Source of the DNA: Candidatus Latescibacterota bacterium
GTDB lineage: Bacteria > Latescibacterota > UBA2968 > GCA-2709665
Assembly: GCA_965203805.1 (NCBI GenBank)
Contig: OZ241917.1
Location: 3,200,001 to 3,264,000, forward strand
DNA length: 64,000 bases
Reading direction: 5' to 3'
The translations under genes and the position numbers were made by a program. The notes beneath the pieces were generated by a model. That model saw nothing but the letters and a program-made list of their open reading frames with translations. It was not told the DNA's origin and searched no databases. Position 1 is the first letter of the stretch. Each line of letters starts with the position of its first letter. Positions 18,865-27,804 of this stretch are shown here, one piece after another.

Positions 18865-20940
18865 TTAAACCGAACCCAGGCTCTTCAGGATCTTCGCGAC
18901 AATGGCATCCGTGTCGCGGATTCCGACTCCGGACAGCCGCTCCAGGATCATCCCCTGCGGGTCCACCAGGAAATAGGCCGGAATCCCGCGCACGCTATAG
19001 GCGCCGGTCGTCTTGGAACGCCATGCGCCCGCGCGCACGTGCACCCCTTCGATCTGATGGGTTTCGATGGCTTTGCGCCATTCGGCGTCGCTCGAATCCA
19101 GTGAGAGGTTGAGGAAAACCACCGGCTGACCGGCGGTTTCTTTCTTAATCCTTCTGAGATCGGGCAAGTTGCCGATACACGGACCGCACCAGCTTGCCCA
19201 GAAGTCCAGCAGCACGACCTTGCCCCTGAACTGGCTCAGCGATACGGGCCGGCCGTCCAGATCCTCCAGCGTGAAATCGGGGGCCGGACGTCCCGGCTGG
19301 AGGGCCATCGCCTTGTCCAGCGCCGCCTGGACCGGCGCGTTGTATTCGGGATAGGGATTGGTCGTCCGGTAGTCCCGCCACTTGCGACGGACCAGTTCAA
19401 AGCTGTTGCCGCCGTACTCGAAACTTCGGATCAATTCCCCGGCCAGAAACCAGTAAAGTACGCGCCCATTCAATTTCTTCTCGGCCAGCTCAATCCTGTG
19501 TGGAAGCCTGGGCATGGACCGTTTCCTGATTGCATAGATCGAATCCAGCTTCGCCTGCACCGCCTGCGGCAGGCCCAGACCCGTGAGGTCCAGCTTCCGG
19601 GACAGGCTGAGCGGCTGACGATTTTCGTACAGGGAGTCCAGATGCGCGACAAACTCCGGCGACGGGTCCAATTCCGACAGATCCACCATTTCCGACAACC
19701 TTTGCGTCTTGTGGATCGAATTCAATTGCCCTTCCATGTCCTTGCCTTCTTCTACGGGCAGCCGGAGAACCAGCGAACCGCCTGTGGTATCGATTTCCGG
19801 TTTTTTCAGCTTGCTTGAAGTCGTGATCCTGTACGATCTGCCACTCCTTTCGTAGAAGGAGTCGAGACGGGCGTGAGCTGCCTGGGGGACGCCCAATTTC
19901 GGCAGATCGATGATGTCGGACAGTGTGGATTTACGCCTGTTGTCATACAGCGAGTCAAGTCTGCCTACGACAGGTTTCGGCAGATCCGACGCACCCAGCC
20001 GGATCATTTTCGACAGCTTCGGATGCCACTCGTACCGCGCGTAGAGTGAGTCGAGTTTTGCGACGGTCTCCTCCCGAAGGTCCAGACTCGACAGATCGTA
20101 CTGATCGCTGAGCCTGTTGGACGGCGGCATCCTCATCATTTCCAGGTCCAGCGTCCGGATGAGGTAGGTACTGTACGTACCCATGCCAATTGCCTTTTCG
20201 TCCACCAGCGGGACCCGTTTCAGGAAGTCGTGGAATTCAGGCGGGATATCCGGGTTCTCGCGGCCGGTGGCGCGCCGGTAATTTTCCGGGTATGAAACCT
20301 TCAGAAAGGCATACGTGTAGTTGAAAAAGCGCGTCGCGTACTCGACGAATTCCGGCGAGAACGCGTATCTCGTTCGCCGCATCTCCAGGAATTCAAGCTG
20401 GTCCGTGCGCCACCCGTCCGCCAGGCGGGAGAAGGCTTCCGCGTCCATTTTCCTGGAGTCCCTGATTTCCTTCTGGAAGTCCTGGAACCGGGGGTACCAT
20501 TCGACAATAAACCGGCTGTTGTCCGCATTGTTTCCGCTGAACCGGAACGAGGTGTGGAGACGGCCGGGGTGGATTTTGATATGCAGTCTGTCGCCGGGTT
20601 CGACAAAGAAAACCAGCGAACCGGGCTTGAAGGCATACGACGCGGCCTGCCGCACCCACTTCCATGGGACGCTTCTGCTTTTGAAACTTCCCCTGACGAG
20701 GGTCCCGCGGACGACGGGAATCTCGAGCGCGAACCGGTTCCGGCCGTCCAGAGCCACGCGCTGCTCGGATTGTCGACCCAGTGCCCAGGGCGGGTCGTAA
20801 CGGAACGTGATCTCACGCGACGTGGGGTTGCGTACTTCGCCGGTGATGATCGCGACCGATGGCGGGCCGGTTTCTGACGCCGAGGCGAAAGTCGACATCA
20901 TCATGAAGGCCGCGAGGGTACTGACGAAAAGGTTATTCAT
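18865..20940 (-). CDS. Exported TlpA/ResA-like redoxin with long N-terminal region and five ~31-aa internal repeats
   Basis: Signal peptide; C-terminal APDFTL...LDFWASWCGPC...GIPAYFLVDPQG; repeated LS-x3-(D/R)L...LDS(L/F/I)Y units. Confidence 0.9.
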   Translation of the reverse strand: MNNLFVSTLAAFMMMSTFASASETGPPSVAIITGEVRNPTSREITFRYDPPWALGRQSEQRVALDGRNRFALEIPVVRGTLVRGSFKSRSVPWKWVRQAASYAFKPGSLVFFVEPGDRLHIKIHPGRLHTSFRFSGNNADNSRFIVEWYPRFQDFQKEIRDSRKMDAEAFSRLADGWRTDQLEFLEMRRTRYAFSPEFVEYATRFFNYTYAFLKVSYPENYRRATGRENPDIPPEFHDFLKRVPLVDEKAIGMGTYSTYLIRTLDLEMMRMPPSNRLSDQYDLSSLDLREETVAKLDSLYARYEWHPKLSKMIRLGASDLPKPVVGRLDSLYDNRRKSTLSDIIDLPKLGVPQAAHARLDSFYERSGRSYRITTSSKLKKPEIDTTGGSLVLRLPVEEGKDMEGQLNSIHKTQRLSEMVDLSELDPSPEFVAHLDSLYENRQPLSLSRKLDLTGLGLPQAVQAKLDSIYAIRKRSMPRLPHRIELAEKKLNGRVLYWFLAGELIRSFEYGGNSFELVRRKWRDYRTTNPYPEYNAPVQAALDKAMALQPGRPAPDFTLEDLDGRPVSLSQFRGKVVLLDFWASWCGPCIGNLPDLRRIKKETAGQPVVFLNLSLDSSDAEWRKAIETHQIEGVHVRAGAWRSKTTGAYSVRGIPAYFLVDPQGMILERLSGVGIRDTDAIVAKILKSLGSV

Positions 20941-21148
20941 ACCTCAAGCCCTTTCAATTCAGATCCGGACATCAACGAACCTCAATTTGCACAAACAGGC
21001 AATCGACAACCCGGTCAGATACGAAGAATTGGGCATTTCGACCCTGCATATCCGGCTATAGGGGTGGTTGTGGGAATCTCCAATCTGCGACATCGATTCG
21101 CCAATGATCTCGTGTGTAAATCCGTTTCAATTTCGCCAAAAAACAGAA

Positions 21149-21174
21149 ACGAATCAAGGCTAACCTTGATTCGT
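21149..21174. terminator. Perfect hairpin downstream of the Kelch gene, possible terminator for the minus strand
   Basis: ACGAATCAAGG CTAA CCTTGATTCGT with an A-rich run on its left. Confidence 0.5.
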
Positions 21175-21420
21175 CACTCTTCGGAGACGTTAATTCGAAG
21201 TTACGCAAGTGATTAAAGGTGATTTAACTGCTGATTTCTATGATCCTTCAGGTCACTGGGCGCGAACCGAAATGATGTCCTTCCTGACAACCTTTTCGGC
21301 CCGGTGAGGAAACAACTGCAGGGTCACCGCTTTGCCACACACGCCGCTTTGCGCGGTTACTTTTTGTGCCTTTTGTGCTTTTTGTGGCCAATTTTTCGGT
21401 TTTCTTTTATCAAATTGAGG

Positions 21421-22539
21421 TTAAGGCGTGAAGATGAAAATCTGATCCGTAATCGACTCAGGAGAATGACCGCCATCCGTCGTCTTCAATCCGCCGGCGA
21501 TAACGACGCGGCCGTCATCGAGGAGCGTAACCGTCAACCCGGATCGCCACGGTCCTATGCTGTGTCCCGTAGGCGAAAATACCTGGGTGTCCGGATTGTA
21601 CAGTGCGATATTGCCGTTGTCCCGGTGGATGAAAAACACCCTGCCGGACGGCAGCAGCAGGGCGGCCAAGGGATCCATTACGGAAGTTCCGGCGGGCGAG
21701 AAGGTGTTTGTCTCGGGGTTGTAGATCTCGGGCGTCTGTGCGCGACGTCCGTCTCGCCTGTAGCCGCCGACGATCATTACCCTGCCGTCCTGAAGGAGCA
21801 CCGCCTTATGGCGTATGCGGTCGACCTGCAGGCTGCCCGCTTCTGAAAAGGCTTTGGTCGAGGGATCATAGATGAAATTCTGCCCCGGCAGCCATTCCCC
21901 TACGATAGGTTTTCCTCCAACGATCAGCACGCGGCCGTCCTTCAACAAAGTTGCCGTATGCAAAATTCCTGGATGGTCCATCGCGAATGTGTCGGAAAAT
22001 GTGCCTGTAGCGGGATCGAAAACACGCCATCGTCCACCCCCGGGGTGCCCGCTGATCAAAAGGACCTCTCCGTTGGGCAACAAGGTGGCAGTCCGGGTCC
22101 CGACCGAAAAGGGTGCGTCTGCAACGGCGTCGAATCTGCCGGAATGAGGATCGTACTTCTCAATGGGGAGTCTAAGAAAACCGGATATAATCAGAACCCG
22201 ACCGTCGGGAAGCAATATTCCGTGGTCCCTGCTGCGACCGGCGGTCAGGTCTCCCGTAGGCGTTGAGATCCCGGTTTCTGGATCGAAAATCTCCGCGCTG
22301 ACAAGAAGATCTTGCTCCACAACACCTCCTCCGGCAGGAGGTAGCGCCGCGTTGCCGCCGGTAATCAGGACCTTGCCATTCTGCAATAGTGCCGCGACAT
22401 GCAGATTCCGGGGGCGAGTCAAATTTCCAACCTCGTGGAGACCCCGTTCAAGGTCCGGCATCATCACCGAATCGCTTCCGCAAGCGCAGAAGTTCGTGAC
22501 GACAGACAGCGCTATAAGGAATCTGGCAATCATCTCCAT
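21421..22539 (-). CDS. Kelch/galactose-oxidase-type beta-propeller, probable lipoprotein
   Basis: Repeats of HxAxLLxDGRVLIxGG...EI(Y/F)DPxTxxF; signal peptide with FCAC-G. Confidence 0.85.
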   Translation of the reverse strand: MEMIARFLIALSVVTNFCACGSDSVMMPDLERGLHEVGNLTRPRNLHVAALLQNGKVLITGGNAALPPAGGGVVEQDLLVSAEIFDPETGISTPTGDLTAGRSRDHGILLPDGRVLIISGFLRLPIEKYDPHSGRFDAVADAPFSVGTRTATLLPNGEVLLISGHPGGGRWRVFDPATGTFSDTFAMDHPGILHTATLLKDGRVLIVGGKPIVGEWLPGQNFIYDPSTKAFSEAGSLQVDRIRHKAVLLQDGRVMIVGGYRRDGRRAQTPEIYNPETNTFSPAGTSVMDPLAALLLPSGRVFFIHRDNGNIALYNPDTQVFSPTGHSIGPWRSGLTVTLLDDGRVVIAGGLKTTDGGHSPESITDQIFIFTP

Positions 22540-22571
22540 TTCCCTGACTTAAGAGTCTGTGAGCGCGACAT

Positions 22572-22799
22572 CTACGCGACAGGGCTGGCGAACCGGTTCC
22601 GGCTGTCCAGACGCACGCGCTGCTCGGCCGGCTTCCCCAGGACCTGCGGCGAATCGTAACGGAACGTGATCTCCCGCGACGTGGGGTTACGCACTTCGCC
22701 GGTGATGATTGCGACCGATGGCGGGGCGCTATCGGCAGCCAAACAGACTGTCGAAGCGGCAAGCAGGACGAACAGAATAGTACCAAGCATGTTCTTCAT
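22572..22799 (-). pseudogene. N-terminal fragment of a paralogue of the 18865-20940 redoxin
   Basis: Signal peptide plus PPSVAIITGEVRNPTSREITFRYD...EQRVxLDxRNRFA, nearly identical to the redoxin N-terminus, then a stop. Confidence 0.8.
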
Positions 22800-22952
22800 G
22801 GCGCGGTCCCTCCGTTCGGGTTCCGGTTCAGTTGAAACTCGAAAACCATCCAGTCCCTCGGACAGGGTTCGACACGGCCGGAAGAACCAGAACAGAATCT
22901 ACAATATTTGCTCTGGTCATTGCAGTAATTGCGCGCCAGGCGACGAGATTAA

Positions 22953-24908
22953 TCAATCTATGCGCTCAAGTGTGAACGCGACCAATGGATCTTCTGTATC
23001 TTCATAGTCGAATAGATCCTCCGCGCTCGGCGAGACATCGGGGCGTGTGCCGTGAGCTTCATCGCCAGCTTTGGGAAATGCGGCGTAATACATCATTGCT
23101 GAAATGCCGAACTTAATCCCGCTCACCGGAAGTAAACCAGTCAAAGCATCGCCCGTGCTTTGCCTTCTCCCGCCTGTCTCTTCACCGATAAGTTGTCCCA
23201 GACCGTAATCCTTAGTAACTGCGGCAAACTCGGCTGCAGTCGAGAAGGTATGCGGGCCAATCAGCACATAGAGATCGCCCTTAAACAAGTCTTCGCGCCG
23301 TTGAGGCAATACAGAGTCGTCCGACTCCGAGATAATCATCCCGGTCAAGTCGCCGTAATGGGAGTATTCCGGATGCTGCTCAATCAGCAGGTCCGACACC
23401 TTAATGTCAACGCGAGACCACATCCTGAACGGCCTTTCTGTAAGAAACTCAAGCAAAAAAACGACAAGGTCGGGATTTCCACCACCATTTTGACGCACGT
23501 CAATTATGAGGCGGCGGGTTTTCTTCGCCCTCAATTCCCCAAATAGACCTGCTATATACGTCCTTCTATTGTCGGTATCAATGAAACTATCGCAATTGAA
23601 GTAGCAAGTATCTTCGTCATGATGGAAACAATGAAAGTCACCTGACCCATCCTTTTCAGGTAAGAGGTCGTCATATTCGCGTAGCGATATGAGATCAATT
23701 CGGCGTGTTGACGTTTTCTGTTTTTCTTCAAATCGCATCGTTACCGGACTGTCATTGAACGGCGCGCACCAAGCTACATGGAATCGTTGGTTCTCTACAA
23801 ATTGCGCAAGACGGTGAGCATCCGATTCACTGGAAATCCTGCATAACGCTCGTTGTAGAAAGTCGTTGAGTGGTTGATCGCCTATGGACAAAAGTGACTT
23901 CCCTTTCAATTCCTCCAAACCCGGAATCGCATCGTCTACGACCAATTCATTCAATCGCCGTCTCAACCGAAACGGGAACATCAGGGCATCGGGGTTGCCT
24001 GCATCGATCATATCAGCGGCAGGCATGACTTCAGTATGGCCATCCTGAATGCGGGCGGCGGCTTCCGCAAGAATGCCTGAGAGTTCGGCGTACGAAATAT
24101 GGCCGCGCGTTGCTTCTTTCCGCTCCAATCGAGAGCGAACTGATTTCTTTAGTTCCAGATAGTCTCCTCCTGCAATATGCCGCAATGGATAGGGATGAAC
24201 CCTCTCAAGTGTTGCGAAGAAATGGTCTGCATCGACTTGGCCATCGCTGGCGGACAAGACCAGCGGAGAGAAATCATCATTCAGATTCCCCCCATTGACG
24301 ACCTGATCTTGCTGTGTGACGAAAAACGTAAAGTTCAACCTTAAACTTTTCTTCATTTCGACCAGGACAGCCGGGTCTGGCGCGCAGAATGCCGCTACGT
24401 GCCCTTCTCCCAAGGGATTGTGCCCTACAGCCGAGAACCCGATTTCGCCCTCGCTTTCGACAAGACACTGCTGTTCCTCTTCTGATAGGCCAAATGGCGT
24501 ATCATCTAACGCAGCAAAGACAAGGTGGTTCGGCTTCGGATCGAACAAGCCGTACACCGCGTAATTTCCTTTCTCCAGACACGGGAGACAGTCTTTATCG
24601 TCCATGCTCCAAAAGGATACGCGTTGTATGGAACGAGGCTGCGACCATGCCCGCCAGTACTCCTTTAGAGCCTGGATCTGTTTATCCCATTGGTCGCAAT
24701 TGAAATCAAAAATGACAAATAGCGTATCGCCTGATTTTTCTAATACCCGTTCCATTGTGAACGCGGTCCGAATTGCAGATGAAGATTTCAATATGGCTCT
24801 CTCCGCTAAAATCCAACCACCCATGCTGGAATTACGTAACATTGGGTGCAAGCACGTTTTTGGGTTTGCAATGCCAGTGGCAATTGCGCGGCATTCTCCG
24901 GCCGTCAT
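22953..24908 (-). CDS. S41 family peptidase with unassigned N-terminal region
   Basis: LIIDVRQNGGG, TFSTA catalytic Ser motif, IGEETGG, HGTRPDV; lower GC; start codon uncertain. Confidence 0.85.
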   Translation of the reverse strand: MTAGECRAIATGIANPKTCLHPMLRNSSMGGWILAERAILKSSSAIRTAFTMERVLEKSGDTLFVIFDFNCDQWDKQIQALKEYWRAWSQPRSIQRVSFWSMDDKDCLPCLEKGNYAVYGLFDPKPNHLVFAALDDTPFGLSEEEQQCLVESEGEIGFSAVGHNPLGEGHVAAFCAPDPAVLVEMKKSLRLNFTFFVTQQDQVVNGGNLNDDFSPLVLSASDGQVDADHFFATLERVHPYPLRHIAGGDYLELKKSVRSRLERKEATRGHISYAELSGILAEAAARIQDGHTEVMPAADMIDAGNPDALMFPFRLRRRLNELVVDDAIPGLEELKGKSLLSIGDQPLNDFLQRALCRISSESDAHRLAQFVENQRFHVAWCAPFNDSPVTMRFEEKQKTSTRRIDLISLREYDDLLPEKDGSGDFHCFHHDEDTCYFNCDSFIDTDNRRTYIAGLFGELRAKKTRRLIIDVRQNGGGNPDLVVFLLEFLTERPFRMWSRVDIKVSDLLIEQHPEYSHYGDLTGMIISESDDSVLPQRREDLFKGDLYVLIGPHTFSTAAEFAAVTKDYGLGQLIGEETGGRRQSTGDALTGLLPVSGIKFGISAMMYYAAFPKAGDEAHGTRPDVSPSAEDLFDYEDTEDPLVAFTLERID

Positions 24909-25235
24909 TCCTAACTGGTTGATGACACAAAGATACCCAATATACGTTTAGATGCCGATGGGAATAATCCCACGACGGTTCAAAAACACCGGATATCAGG
25001 TCTTTTTCGAATTGCCGTTGCATTAGACGTAGGATTCCACGGGTTCGGGCTTTTCGGTAGATTAAATTTGGCTGAATAGCTTCAGGACGCGTCCGTTGGC
25101 CTTCGAAGCGTATCGGTCAGCGAAGGCCCTGACTGGACACCCCACTTCAAGGGTACCCAGCGCTCGTGTCAATGTCTGACTTTGGTTGATACGCACGGGT
25201 TCGATCTGTGATTCGCGACATGACATCCGAAAACC

Positions 25236-25266
25236 AAAAACGGCTGCCGATAAGCAGCCGTTTTTT
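25236..25266. terminator. Bidirectional intrinsic terminator
   Basis: AAAAACGGCTGC CGATAA GCAGCCGTTTTTT. Confidence 0.85.
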
Positions 25267-25337
25267 GAAGTTGAAACATGTTGCCATTTTAGATCGCGCA
25301 GGACTGGCGATTCCTGGTGGAAATGACCCGGACAGAT

Positions 25338-25598
25338 TCAGCCGGATCCCAGGCTGTAAATGATCTCTTCTACAATTGAATGTGTTTCCGTCATCAATCT
25401 GATTCTGGATAACCGCTCGACAATCCGTCCATCCGGGGCCACCAGAAAATAGGCCGGAATCCCGCGGACATTGTAGGCCCGGGCTGCGCCGGTACCTGAG
25501 TTTCCGATACGTACATGCACACCTTCTATACTGTGTTTCTCGATTGCCTTGCGCCAGGCCGCATCGCTTGCATCCAGCGAGAGATTAAGGAAAACCAC
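25338..25598 (-). pseudogene. C-terminal fragment of a paralogue of the 18865-20940 redoxin (no CxxC)
   Basis: VFLNLSLDASDAAWRKAIEKHSIEGVHVR...RGIPAYFLV matches the redoxin C-terminus; the upstream part is missing. Confidence 0.8.
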
Positions 25599-25791
25599 GG
25601 GTAGACAGGAGGCTCCTTTGCGGAATTATTACGGGGAGCACCGTATTGTTCACATCCTCCCACTCTTCTTTGGTTGGATCTGGATGTCGACTATTTGCTG
25701 CTCCTGAAAATAAATTGAGGCTGACAACTGCTCTTCCTGACCACTGTCCACTATTTACTGCTCCTGGTAATAGGCGCCCGTTTCTTCCGTG

Positions 25792-27621
25792 CTATTGAGA
25801 GTTATATTCGGACATCTTGCGTTTAACGAGATCTACCAATCCTTCGCCGCGCAGGTTTTTCGCGATGATCTCCCCATCGGGGGCAATGAGAAACGTGGTT
25901 GGCCACGCTACAATACCGTAAACTTTCTCGATTTCCTCGTTTGAAACACCGTTGGAATACGGAATCTCGCGAATTCTTATGGTATCTTCCAGGTCTCTTG
26001 GATTATCGTGAGCCAGACCAATGATCGTAAGGCCCCCGTCCGGGAATGATTGGTGGAGTTTCTTGAGATTTGGCAGTTCGTTTATGCAGGGTCCGCACCA
26101 GGTCGCCCAGAAATCAAGAAATACAAACCCCCCTCGGTAATCGGATAACCGCAACGAATCTCCTCCAACGGCCGGCGCCACGAATTCGGGTGCGGCACTT
26201 TCTTCTCCCAGTTCCAGTGCATTCGACATCCTTTCAACGCCGCTGCCCTGGACCGTCCTGGAATTCGGATATTTGCGAATCAGATAATTCAGAACGTTGC
26301 GCGCGGCAACTGCGTTTCCGTAATCCCGGAAATGTTGTGCCGCACGCCAGAGCAGTTTTTCCCCTTCACGTGAACCGGGCGGCAGGTTTCGTTCCTGCGC
26401 CACCAGAATGCCGGTAAAGAAAAAAGGCGGAACGTTGTATTTCTCGCTGAGATCCGGTGCGTGTTGTAGCCCTTCATCGAGGCGCAGATAGGTGATTGTA
26501 TCGTACGTCCTAAAGAAAATGGAATTCGGATCCATTTTCTTTGCCAACTGCGCCATCTGGCTAAAGTAGCTCTCGTAGACCGTACTCTGATAGTGCTCCC
26601 TTCTCTTTTCTTCGAACTCCTGTTTATTGTGTTTCAGACTTTGCAAACCCTTCATCGCTTCAGCGTGGGGATGAAATCTTTTCAGGAATTCAAATCTGAT
26701 TTTTACGAAGAGCTGTTCGAAATAAGCGGGGTATCGATTCGCAATTTCCCGGAATCTTTCTTCGCGCTCGATAAAGGCGGAAACGTCGTTCTCTGAGGAT
26801 TGGGTGGTGTCGCGTTTGCTGAACAGAACCTGCATGTTTTCTTTTTGGAAAGTGTAGATTTCATCCACAAGACTGGCGAAGGCAGTCTGGTGTTGTCCAC
26901 CTGAGAATTCGGCTCTTGAATCCCTCTTCGGCTGGACATACTGAGATGGATCAAAGATGATCTCTCCACCTTCGTAGATTGAATTGAATGTAACGAAACT
27001 ACGAGGGTTAGGAACTGCCTGGGAATGACTCAAGTCATAAACGTCGCTACCACCGTTACTTACGATAAACCTATACCCGTCACCGATTTTTACGGGATTA
27101 TCGCCTTGTAGAACCCACACGCTATCCTTCCTCACCATTTCAATCGCGCCCCACGGCCGCCATCGACAAAAGTCACCCCACAGTTTGACCCATTCAATGC
27201 CGGGTTTCAGACCGAAGGGTTCAAGATAAGCCGTCACATTTGCGTGCGTGTCGGCGTCAGGAACAAGCACCGACGTTTTTAACGTCTCATAACCGAAAGC
27301 GGAGATAACAAGCGTATACAGCCCGGGTTCCACGTCGAAACTAAATTCCGTAGTGTCTAGCGTCCTGGTGTTTTTCGGCCTGACGACAAAGGGCATCCAC
27401 GCCAATTTCAATTCTTCTATCCCCACATAAATTGAATCCGGAATCGCCTTGTCGTTAAACTTGACCGTCCCCGAAACAGTCGATCTGGAAGGCTTACGCT
27501 CTCCCGGTCGACCCGAGATTTCCAGGTCCGGCTCCTGCACAACAGACAGCAACGAGTCCGTTGACGCCGAAACGTCGCCGGAAAGGAAGAGGAAAAGTGC
27601 AGTAGCGATTCTCAATATCAT
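25792..27621 (-). CDS. Second exported TlpA-like redoxin with an unrelated N-terminal region
   Basis: Signal peptide; FLDFWATWCGPCINELP and WPTTFLIAPDG; lower GC. Confidence 0.88.
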   Translation of the reverse strand: MILRIATALFLFLSGDVSASTDSLLSVVQEPDLEISGRPGERKPSRSTVSGTVKFNDKAIPDSIYVGIEELKLAWMPFVVRPKNTRTLDTTEFSFDVEPGLYTLVISAFGYETLKTSVLVPDADTHANVTAYLEPFGLKPGIEWVKLWGDFCRWRPWGAIEMVRKDSVWVLQGDNPVKIGDGYRFIVSNGGSDVYDLSHSQAVPNPRSFVTFNSIYEGGEIIFDPSQYVQPKRDSRAEFSGGQHQTAFASLVDEIYTFQKENMQVLFSKRDTTQSSENDVSAFIEREERFREIANRYPAYFEQLFVKIRFEFLKRFHPHAEAMKGLQSLKHNKQEFEEKRREHYQSTVYESYFSQMAQLAKKMDPNSIFFRTYDTITYLRLDEGLQHAPDLSEKYNVPPFFFTGILVAQERNLPPGSREGEKLLWRAAQHFRDYGNAVAARNVLNYLIRKYPNSRTVQGSGVERMSNALELGEESAAPEFVAPAVGGDSLRLSDYRGGFVFLDFWATWCGPCINELPNLKKLHQSFPDGGLTIIGLAHDNPRDLEDTIRIREIPYSNGVSNEEIEKVYGIVAWPTTFLIAPDGEIIAKNLRGEGLVDLVKRKMSEYNSQ

Positions 27622-27804
27622 GGCCCAACCCGTACGGACTTGGACTTTACTGTTAGACTTCCGCGCAAAGTGCGTTCATGTTTCTTCATGCTATCAGCCA
27701 CCGAAAGGCGTTGAAATCCCCCACCGCATCAACCGTCGCCGGCCCTTCGACAAGCTGATGGCTGCGGCTGACTGTCGCGAAGCCGCGCTGGGAATGAGCT
27801 TGAA

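Noticed and set aside
25685-25773. CRISPR array
   Set aside because: Only two degenerate units, no palindrome and no cas genes.
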